64,000 nucleotides of DNA, taken from Eledone cirrhosa. Its lineage: Eukaryota. Below, piece after piece: positions 53,643 through 64,000 of the stretch (its first letter is position 1; every line of letters starts with the position of its first letter). Position numbers and translations under genes: made by a program. The stretch lies in the NCBI GenBank assembly GCA_964016885.1, contig OZ024751.1, positions 23,746,001 through 23,810,000 of the forward strand. The letters are read 5' to 3'. The notes under the pieces are model-generated. The model did no database searches, was not told the origin of the DNA, and worked only from the letters and a program-made list of their open reading frames with translations.

Positions 53643-54690
53643 CCCAAGAGGAGTGATGTCGATAGACTCTACCTAAGGAGATCTGAGGGTGGAAGAGGTC
53701 TTATCAGCATAGAGGACTGTGTTCAGATGGAGAAAAACAACCTATACAAATACGTGACCTATAGTAAGGAGCCAATGCTCAGAACTGTACTGAAGGAGGG
53801 GACAGTAGGCCAGGGGATGTCCAAGGAGGAAATAACATCAAGGAGGAAGAGCAGCCTTAAGGGAAAATCCCTTCATAGTACCTTCTTTGAGAAAACTGAA
53901 TTTAGAGATCCACAGACATGGAACTGGTTGAGAAGAGGAGACCTCAAAAAGGCTACAGAAGGAATGTTAATGGCGGCGCAGGAGCAGGCCCTCAAAACGA
54001 AGTGGTTGAAGCTCCATATCTACAAGGAGGAGGCTAGCCCACTGTGCAGGATCTGTGGAGAGAGAGAGGAGACTGTGGCTCACATTGTGTCCGAGTGTAA
54101 ACACCTAGCCCAGACCCACTATAAGGGCTGGAGACACGATGTGATGGGCAGGGTGATCCACTGGCACCTGTGCAAAGTAAACAATCTACCACATTCTGAG
54201 AAATGGTATGAGCATAGGCCAGAGGCGGTGATGGAGAACAGTCAGGTGAAGGTGCTGTGGGATTTTAGGATACAGACGGACAAAAAACTGGAACACAATA
54301 GACCTGACCTGGTGGTTGTGGACAAAGAAAAAAGATCGTGCCTGATTGTGGATGTGGCCTGCCCGTTCGACACGAGAGTGCAAGAGAAGGAGAGGGAGAA
54401 AATTAACCGATACCAGGACCTAAAGTGGGAGGTGAAAAGGATTTGGAACTGCCATGAAGTCAAAGTGATCCCGATTGTCATAGGCGCACTGGGGACTATC
54501 TCCAAAGGTTTCCAGGGATGGTTAAAGAAAATCGGCCCCTTCACGCTTTTTGGAACGCTTCAAAAGGCATGCTTGCTTGGAACAGCAAGAACCCTCCGAT
54601 ACGTCCTGAATATCTGAGGCTGCAGGTAGTGGCTTGATATTCAATCCAACGGACTTTCCAGTTAACCAACATCAATGACTGAGATTCAAG
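53643..54690 (+). mobile_element. 5'-truncated R4/Dong-like non-LTR retrotransposon (zinc knuckle + restriction-like endonuclease) inserted in (TAA)n
   Basis: RLYLRRSEGGRGL, CRICGEREETVAHIVSEC, RHD, RPDLVVVD...IVDVACPFD...K..RY.DL. ORF 53727-54617 is uninterrupted. (AAT)n at 53577-53642 and 54692-54718. Confidence 0.88.
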
Positions 54691-54878
54691 GAATAATAAT
54701 AATAATAATAATAATAATTGTTTCTACTTTTGGCACAAGGCCAGCATTTATACAGTGCATTACATGTACTTTATTTTAGCGACCCCGAGGGGATGAAAGG
54801 CAAAGCTAATCTCGGTGGGATTTGAACCCACGGTGTCCGTCGCTCTACCGATACAGCCAACCCACCATAATAATAATA

Positions 54879-55821
54879 GGATTTAAAGTGGGAGTTAAAC
54901 AGTATTTGGAACTGCTATGAAATCAAGGTCGTCCCGATTGTCATAGGCGCACTAGGTTCTATCTCAAAGAGTTTCCAAGGATGGTTAAAGAAGATTAGTC
55001 TCAGTCATTGATGTTATTTAACTGGAAAGTTTGTTGAAATGAATATGAAGCCGCTACCTGCAGCCTCAGACATTCAGGGCGTATCGGAAGGTTCTTGCTG
55101 TTCCCAGCAAGCATGCCTTTTGAAGTGATCCAAAAAGCGGGGCTGGACTAATCTTCTTTAACCATCCTTGGAAACTCTTTGAGATAGTACCTAGTGCGCC
55201 TATGACAATTGGGCCGACCTTGATTTAATGGCAGTTCCAAATCCTTTTTAACTCCCACTTTAAATCCTGGTATCGGCTAATTTTCTCTCTCTCCTTTTCT
55301 TGCACTCTCGTGTCAAATGGGCTGGCTACATCTACAATCAGGCACGATCTTTTTTCCTTGTCCAAAACCACCAGTTCAGGTCTATTGTGTTCTAATTTCT
55401 TGTCCGTCTCAATCCTAAAATCCCATAGTACCTTCACCTGATCGTTTTCTATCACCGACTCTGGGTTATGCTCATACCACTTCTCAGAATGTGATAAATT
55501 GTTTACTTTGCATAGGTGCCAGTGGATCACCCTTCCCATCACATCATGTCTCCAGACTTTATAGTGAGTCTGGGCTAGGTGTTTACACTCGGATACAATG
55601 TGAGCCACAGTCTCCTCTCTCTCTCTCCACAGATCATACATAGTGAGCTAGCCTCCTCCTTGTCAATATGGTGTTTCACCCACTTCGTTCTGAGGCCCTG
55701 CCCTTGCACAGCCATTTGCAAACCTTCTGTAGCCTTTTTAAGGCCTCCTCTTTTTAACCAGTTCCATGTCTGTGGATCTCTAAATTCAGTTTTCTTAAAG
55801 AACGTACTATGAAGGGATTTT
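54879..55821 (-). mobile_element. Second, degenerate R4/Dong-like copy in inverted orientation, with an inverted terminal duplication
   Basis: 54997-55821 is the reverse complement homolog of 53863-54685 (frameshift, stop). 54879-55000 is an inverted copy of about 55146-55269. Confidence 0.85.
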
Positions 55822-55822
55822 T

Positions 55823-58146
55823 CATGAATGTTGCAATGACTGGCTGCACAAGGGGTATATTGCCTGGTTTGGATGGTCTGCCCTATGAACTTTACGTACA
55901 GATCCCAAACTTGTTCGGAGGCCTCTTGGCGGACGTCTACTGCAACTGGCAACAGAACGGGAGAATTCCCAGCTCTGTGAGCCGAGGAGCGGTGGCGCTG
56001 CTGAGAAAGGATCCAAACAAGGGGGATAACATAGATAATTTCAGGCCCATAACTCTGCTAAACACAGAGTTCAAAATTTTGGCCAAGGTGCTAGCAAAGA
56101 GGTTGGCGCTTGTCGTTGGTGGTCTGTTGGGAGAGGCGCAGACATGCGCCATTCCCGACAGATCCATCCACAACAACCTCCACCTCATGCGATAAATCGT
56201 ATAGAGGGTAGCTAGGGAACCTGGCACGGGTGGGTCCTTGATCAATTTAGATCAGTCGAAAGCTTTCAATAGGGTCGACCATCGTTACCTAGCGGCAGTC
56301 CTGAAAACGGCTGGCTTTGGGCCCGTCTTCAGAGGCTGGATCGCTGCCATACACAGCGACATCTACTCTGTGGTGAGAGTGAACGGTAACCTTTCGGAAC
56401 CGTTCAACATCATGCGTTCGGTCCGCCAAGGATGTCCCCTCTCGTCCCTCTTGTACGTATTGACTCTCGAACCATTACTGCACAAACTGGAGACATTGAG
56501 GGGGATCCCGCGCGAACTAGGATGCGGAAGATCCGTGTCAACATATGCGGACAATGTCCCCGTAATAGTGTCGAACGTCAAACACACCGAGGCGATCAGC
56601 ACTACACTAAGAGAATACGAATAGGTGACAGGAACAATGATCAACCAGGAAAAGTCAGTGGGCCTGTAGCTCGGCACCTGGATAGGCAGGTCCATGTCGT
56701 CCAACAGCGTCGTCGGGAGCTGAACGGACGGACCGGTTAAATTGCTAGGGGTCTGGTTCGGTCCGGACCTCCAGACGGACAAAAGCTCGGACGAGGTGAC
56801 GAGCAGGGTGGCTTCACTCACCCAGAAATGGACGGAGAGAAGCTATCCCTGAAAGGTCAAGCGGAGGTGGCTAACGCGTACATCGCGTCCGTCATCTACT
56901 ACCGCCTGACCGTCGTACCTTGTCCTAAGTCCCGCCTGACTGCGCTGGAGCGTTTGCTCTTTCGCTTTTTTGTGGAAGGGACGCGCTCCGATGGTCAGGC
57001 GGTCCATCTGCTGTCAACATCCGCTACGTGGGGGGCTGGGCATGCCGTGGCTGATGATGCGCAGACACGCGCTCAGGCTCCGACATCTCCACCTCTTCCT
57101 CAACGGTGATCAGGTGTGGTCGCCGTTTGCTAGACACGTCTTTCTCCATCTCGTCTCCTTGACGGAGCTGCAGTCCTGGGTCAAGCGAAGACCGAGAGGG
57201 AGCGCTTGGAGACTGGAATGTCTTCAGGCGCTCACAGGCCTCGACCAATCGGGCAATGTGATCGATGGAAACTCCACTTCGGCTTTCTATACAGGATTAG
57301 TGCAGGGAAAGAGCGACGGCGTACTTGGGGAAACTCTAGGCGTCGACGAAAATCAACTAGCCAATCTCTACGGAAGAACTTTCGGGTCGGGGCCTATGAA
57401 CAACTTCCAGAAATCCCTGGCCTGGCAGTGCTACCAAGGAGCTTTGCCAGTTCTGGATAAACTCTACAGGCATGGAGGTGCCGTCAGCCGGGCATGTCCG
57501 ACATGCGCGCAGGGCGACGAAACCGTCCTGTACACACTCGTCCAGTGTCCGAGCATTGCTGACTTGTGGGTTTATGTCGAACACCTGCTGTCGCGTGTAG
57601 GACGGATCCGGCTATCAGCTGAGTCCACCGTGAGGATTGCCCCGCCCTCTTCCTTTAGCCGGAAAGGGCAGGCAGTTTTTATTTGTCTGGTGGCCATGGC
57701 GAAAGAGATAGTATGGTAGACACGTTTGAAAGGGCTGAATAGCAGCACTTACCTCTTCAGTGATGCCCTGATAAACCTTTTCAATTTTCATTTGAAAAGG
57801 AAAATCAGGGTAAAGAGGGAAGTGCTCTCCTCCCGGCATTTTATTGAAAGATGGGTGAGAGAGGCAAGATTGGCCCGAGTGAATGGGCCTACTCTGAGTA
57901 TGTGTCTGTAAATTAAAGGTGGAAAACTGGGAGAGGACACTTACCCTGATGGTCAGGGTCACTGGGGTCTTTTAATGGGCTTTCTCCACAAATGTCCCTC
58001 GGAAGTCTCCCCCTATTGGGGAAATGTTCATTGTTATTTTGTGTTACATCCTCTGTTTTTGTTTTTTACACGCAGCAATGCCCATGTATTGTCCTGTACT
58101 GTCCTTAATGTCTACTTTATGTAAACCCTTGTGGTTAATAAAGAAA
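55823..58146 (+). mobile_element. 5'-truncated L1/Tx1-clade LINE ORF2 remnant with 3' UTR
   Basis: PGLDGLPYELY, NFRPITLLNTEFKILAKVLAKRL, LDQSKAFNRVDH, VRQGCPLS, YADN (dead YADD), GGLG and C-terminal CPTC...ETV..TLVQC. Several stops and frameshifts; AATAAA at the end. Confidence 0.9.
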
Positions 58147-58418
58147 GCTTTACGATCTGAGTTCGAATCCCGCCGAGGTTGACTTTGCCTTTCATCCTTA
58201 CGGGGTCGATAACATAAAGTACCAGTAATGCACTGGGTATTTTCTGGCCTTGTGCCTAAAGTAGAAACAATTATTATTATTATTATTATTAGAATGACAA
58301 GGATTACTCATGCACACACATATGTAAATATATATACAAACTAGCACACACACACACATACATACACAGATACACACGCGCATATATACATATACAGTAT
58401 ATATATATATATATATAT

Positions 58419-58508
<90 letters not shown>

Positions 58509-58513
58509 GCAAT

Positions 58514-58820
58514 ATATTAATAAATGGAAACTATATTCATAAAACCATATTTATTTTATTATACATATTTCAAGGGCAACCAAGGCAAATTATAGTGCGC
58601 TTTCATCAGATAAAATACAGATTTGTTTTATAAATAAATATTGACATACCCTGAAAAAAAGACATCCTTAACGTATGTCAAAATTTATGTCAATATTTAT
58701 TTATAAAACAAATCTGTATTTTATCTGATGAAAGCGCACCATAATTTGCCTTGGTTGCCCTTGAAATATGTATAATAAAATAAATATGGTTTTATAAATA
58801 TAGTTTCCATTTATTAATAT
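58514..58820. repeat. Fold-back inverted repeat (about 135-bp arms) with a hammerhead motif in each arm
   Basis: 58514-58648 is the reverse complement of about 58686-58820. Confidence 0.88.
58717..58782 (+). ncRNA. Minimal type I hammerhead motif (AAUAAA-overlap family); mirror copy 58552-58617 (-)
   Basis: tattttat CTGATGA aagcgcacca...tggttgccctt GAAA tatgta TA ataaaata. Confidence 0.7.
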
Positions 58821-59013
58821 GTTGACTTTGCCTTTCATCCTTACGGGGTCGATAAAATAAAGTACCAGTAATGCACTGGGTAATTTGCTGGCCTTGTGCC
58901 TAAAGTAGAAACAATTAATATATTGTGTATTTACTCTACTTATTGTTGAGTGCTTTGTATCAGTTATAGAAATTTTTAAGCTTGATGAATCCCAACAAAT
59001 TAAATATAACCTC

Positions 59014-59150
<137 letters not shown>

Positions 59151-59151
59151 G

Positions 59152-59202
<51 letters not shown>

Positions 59203-59305
59203 GCTCGCATATTGTGTGTCTGTGTTTGTTGTTTGTGTTTGTTTGTGTGTGTTGTGTCTGTGTGTTTTATGTGTGTTTGTTTGTGTGTGTGTGGTTGTGT
59301 GTGTT

Positions 59306-59348
<43 letters not shown>

Positions 59349-59895
59349 TCAGCCAATACGATATCAACCAGATATTCAATAAAAGAATGGTGGGCGGGAG
59401 AGAATTATGTTTTAATATTTAATAATGTTACAATATCGTGTGCGCTGTTAACATTTGTCTCTGCTTGGCAACATAAGAGTAATAACAAACGCAGGTATGG
59501 ATGTGATCAGCATAACACTACATCTATTAAGTGAATATATATTTTATTAGTTTTGATACTCAACATACATGGATGCGTGCAATTTAACGCTACTTTACTG
59601 CAGGCATATTTGATTGCATATGATTCAACTATGTTTGATTGCAACCGTATTTTATTGCATATGATTTAATTCATTTCTACATACCTACTACATAATCATG
59701 ATAAATGAATGTAAAATTAAAATTGAATAATATTGCCTTGCAAATAGGATTGTATAGAATTGTTCCTCTGAAAGAGCCTGATGATGACCAAGAAAATGAA
59801 ATCAGGTGTTCTTATTCCCACAGTGAAAGCACCACGGTGGCAATATCACATCTAACACAGTGTGTGTCTATGTGTGTGTTTGAGGGTGTGTTTGT

Positions 59896-59968
<73 letters not shown>

Positions 59969-62380
59969 TATGTGTGTTTATGTGCGTGTTATCGTATGCA
60001 TATGCAACTGTATATGTGAATGTACGTAAATGCGTTTGTTTATATATCTTTATGTTTGTGTGTGTGTGTGTGTTTATGTATATGCATGTGCATGTGAATA
60101 TTATTGAAACCTATATGTGTGTTTGTGTATAAGTGTGTATTTTTGTCAGTATGTGTGTCTATGTGCATGTATGTGTTTGTTTTTGTGTTTGTATGCGTAT
60201 ATATATTATTGAAACCTATTTCGATTTCTTAATAATTGAATAAATACATTCTATAATTACGCTCTCACAGAAAACTTACTCCCAGGTTTTCAATTTGCTC
60301 ATCTCATAAACAAGAAGATCGTTTGATTAAGGTTTCTGTTCCCTGGAACTCTACGGTTGGATTCACTAGGGTATCGGAATAAATATACCTCAGTATTTGT
60401 TTCGGCTCGTTGCGCTCTAAGTTCAAATGCCGCCGTCATCAACTTTACCTTTTATTTCTTTGAAGGTCGATATTAAGTATCAATCTAGTACAGTTCCCGG
60501 TTCTCTCTCTGTATTTCATTCTGAAGAAGAAATCAGATATGTTTCAGTCTCGATAGTAACGAACCCCACGAAGATTAAAATGCCTAAAACACGCCGTGTA
60601 TCACGATAACATCCCGTACGAATCAACGAACATCTAAGGGTTATTTATCAACTTCATATATCATCACCCTAACTCCCCAGTCACAAGCTATTTTTCTTCT
60701 TGCATTAAGTATATTCTATTTCAACCTATTCCTCACTGATTTCGCCATACCCTCTGATTGTTTTTGCACGTAACGCCATGCACCTCTCCTACTCTTCTCG
60801 CCGCATTTAGTATGATTCATCCTGAAGCTTTACTCTAAGGCATCAGCTCAACACACGTTCTTTTAAACAGCCCCGGAGTGTTATTTATTCATGTTCTCTG
60901 TTGTTACGTGATAAGTTGTTTACAACCATGGTATTTATTAGAAGTCAATCGGTTTAAATAAGTTTCTATTAATACTTCTGTGCTGTGCCAGTTGTAGGGT
61001 TAAATCGCTATCACTGCACCACTAATATAATAAAAATAAAAATACTGTTTCGTGCCAAACTTAAAAAGATCTATTATAATTTGCGCTCACAATTCAGCCA
61101 AAATTTCGTCTAAACCCTGTCACTCAGAAAATAATTTCAAGGAAAACTTTCTTGAAAAGATTTGCGAAGATTTCATCAAAAGATATAATGTTTTATTTCA
61201 GACGTTATGAACAAAAATTAGAATTCTTAGAAGATTTTAAAGATTTATGAATATAATAAACTGGCCTCCAGCCATACAAAGAGAGAATAATTATTTTGTT
61301 GATTTATTTAAATTGTTAACTTATTTCTTTCAACAGTATAAAATGCACATACTTGAAGAAGCACGAATTACAAATACAAATGTTTTAAAATTATTAAGAG
61401 AAAATATGTATGATACTATTCTTAGCAAAATAATTAAATAAATAAAAAATAGACAGTTTTTTGAAAATTTTTCAGTATCTGAAATAGCATTTTCATATAA
61501 ACTCGAAATAAACTCGAAATAACATCTTCATAAACCTAAACTTTTCTATAGAAGCCTTTCACATAATTCGTTTTCTTTATATTAATTCAACGGGAAAAAT
61601 ATAAATAGTATTTGATTATGTCTAATCTAGTGTAAATCTCTGTCATATAAAGTGAAATTTAATGTAAATAGCGATATATAATTTTGCTTTTATGTTTGTA
61701 TAATTATCAGAACAAATGCCTGAATATCATAGAAGCAGGTTTCGTTCTTGCTTAACGAGCGGAGGAAAATCACGAGATGTTGAAATATCGGCCGCTTTCC
61801 GGTTGTCATTTAACCTATTGCGGGGTAGACGTCTGGCGATGTTGTTCTCTGTACTGCCTCCTTACTAAGTGTCCTTACAGAATTGACCACACGCAAGTTA
61901 ACAGCGCTAAGTGCAATGAATATATTATCGTATTCGCCATCCTTATGGAGGCGCGGGGCCTGTGGTAAGGCTTTAGGACTTAAGGGTTACAATGTCGTAG
62001 CTTCGATTCCTTGACTGGGTAGTGTGTTGTATTTTTGAGCAAAACAATTCATTCAACGTTGGTCCAGTATATTCTGCTGAAAATGAGTACCAGCAATACC
62101 TGGGAGTTTAAACCCACAAAGGAATAGTGTTCTGTCCAGTGGAGAGTCTGGTACTCTTAGTCGCTTAACGCCATGGAAACCAGAATAACAACCGACCTGG
62201 TGATCCTCCGGGTTAAAGACAGGCTATGTTTTAGATTTTGACTATCCTCAAGGGTAATGCATTTACCAACGGCATCTGCCGAAAGATACACATACACACA
62301 TACGCACGCACACAAACACATACACACATGGACAAAGACACGTACACACACACACGCACACTATTTATATATATATATAT

Positions 62381-62690
62381 TGTTATACTTGGGGAGGGTC
62401 ATATTGTTGTAATAATATTGCCAGAAATAATAACAGAACACACTAACTGATTGGTTGGTTTTCGCTTCTGTATCTTTTATATATCTCCATAGTTAATTTA
62501 TTTGGCAATCAACGTTTATCATTGATTGACCAACGGTTAAAAATACAGATATAAATATATATATATATAGTCTATAAAAGTTCTTTCGTTGCACATCTGC
62601 AACATCATCAGTGGTACTATTATGTTTCCTCCTGTTGTATTGTATGTCTACGCCATTTTTATTTTAAACACAGACACCAAACGTTATACA
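62381..62690. mobile_element. LTR-like repeat (TG...CA), homolog of 1953-2240
   Basis: Starts tgttatacttggggagggtc and ends cgttataca. Shares cacatctgcaacatc...gtatgtctacgccatttttatt with the 2-kb copy. Sits in a microsatellite. Confidence 0.55.
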
Positions 62691-62719
62691 CACACGCAAA
62701 CGCATGACGGAGAGAAGAA

Positions 62720-62778
<59 letters not shown>

Positions 62779-62780
62779 AA

Positions 62781-63540
62781 TAGAGTTACGGTCCTTTACT
62801 ATCTAAGTTCAAACTCCGCCAAGGTTAACTTTGCTTTTCATCCTTGTGGGGTTCATAAAATAAAGTACCAGTAACTGGGATCGATTTGATTGACTTTCCA
62901 CTCCCCCAAAATTAGTGGCCTTGTGCCTATACTAGAAATCATTATTTTGTGGAGCGGCAGTATCGGTAGTGGGTCGGACGCCATGCTTTGCAACATAGAG
63001 TTACGGCCCTTTATGGTCTAAGTTCAAATCCCGCCGAGGTTAACTTTGTCTTTCATCCCTACGGGGTCAATAAAATAAAGTACCAGTCACGCACTGGGGT
63101 CGATTTAATCGACTTTCCCCTACCTAAAATTTCTGGCCTTGTGCCTATATAAGAAACCATTATTTTGTATAAGGGCGGTGAATTGGCAGTATCGGTAGAG
63201 GGTTGGACGCCATGTTTTCTAACATAGTTACGTCCCTTTACAGTCTGAGTTCAAATGCCGTCGATGTTAACTTTGCCTTTCATCCTTACGGGGTCGATAA
63301 AATAAAGTACCAGTAATGTACTGGTATAATTGCTGGCCTTGTGCCAAAAGTAGAAACAATTATATATATTAGTAGATGATTTCTAATTTAGGCACAAGAG
63401 CAGCTCTTTCGGGAAGAGGGAAAATCAATCATATCGACTCCAGTGCCTAAGTGGTACTATTTTTTATCGATCAGAGAAGAATAAAAAGCAAAATTAAAAT
63501 CTGAGTGATTTGTACTGAGAAGGTAACGTACCGTAACTGA
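62781..63540. mobile_element. Three tandem plus-strand SINEs followed by an inverted degenerate copy
   Basis: 7901-family copies at about 62781, 62955 and 63172 (+) and about 63377-63540 (-), after an (AAAT)n tract. Confidence 0.85.
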
Positions 63541-63601
63541 TGCTCTCTTACATATCCATGGTTCTCACCATTTTTTTATAATGGTGGTGGTTGTGGTGGT
63601 T

Positions 63602-63633
<32 letters not shown>

Positions 63634-63795
63634 GGTAGTAGTAGTAGTAGTAGTAGTAGTGATAGTAGTAGTAGTAGTAGTAGTAGTAGTTTGTGTGATG
63701 CTCTCTTGCATATCCAGTGCTCTTACCATTTTTATATACTGGTGTTGGTGTTGGTGATGGCGGTGGTGGTGAAAGTAGTAGTTGTAGTAGTAGTT

Positions 63796-63849
<54 letters not shown>

Positions 63850-63850
63850 A

Positions 63851-63902
<52 letters not shown>

Positions 63903-64000
63903 TTGTGTGATGCTCTCTTGCATATCCAGTGCTCTTACCATTTTTATATACTGGTGTTGGTGTTGGTGATGGCGGTGGTGGTGAAAGTAGTAGTTGTAGT
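63536..64000. repeat. (TAG)n/(TGG)n tracts in a higher-order repeat of about 160-212 bp
   Basis: tgatgctctctt(a/g)catatcca...accattttt recurs at about 63538, 63697 and 63908, each followed by (TGG)/(TAG)n. Confidence 0.85.

Noticed and set aside
55809-57719. Possible functional reverse transcriptase gene or RT-endonuclease fusion system with the neighbouring RLE ORF
   Set aside because: The RT has stops, frameshifts and YADN instead of YADD. The adjacent RLE copy belongs to a different clade and lies on the opposite strand, so these are adjacent dead insertions.

Overview
This is AT-rich, microsatellite-saturated eukaryotic DNA, almost certainly from an octopus or other coleoid cephalopod (inferred from the genes and repeat families). 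Only two intact host genes are present. Both are intronless, same-strand Cys-loop (nicotinic-receptor-like) channel subunits about 19 kb apart (4789-6024 and 25238-26437). They keep the Cys-loop and a cation-type M2 but lack the acetylcholine-binding aromatics and the loop-C vicinal cysteines, matching the cephalopod chemotactile receptor (CR) family. The rest is repeats: Penelope-like elements (PLEs) with inverted pseudo-LTRs, R4/Dong-like and Tx1/L1-like LINE remnants, RTE fragments, tRNA-derived SINEs, mariner/pogo MITEs, minisatellites and (TA)n/(CA)n tracts. Less obvious signals include about ten minimal hammerhead-ribozyme motifs (one family with covarying stems and its cut site inside AAUAAA) and many fold-back hairpins. 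In the receptor genes, the second copy has an in-frame stop in its ancestral leader and a relic extra M4 segment in its 3' region, a putative disulfide partner is shifted between paralogs, and a 66-nt tract has no synonymous divergence. Most short ORFs in the track are microsatellite artefacts. All alignments and folds were done by eye.
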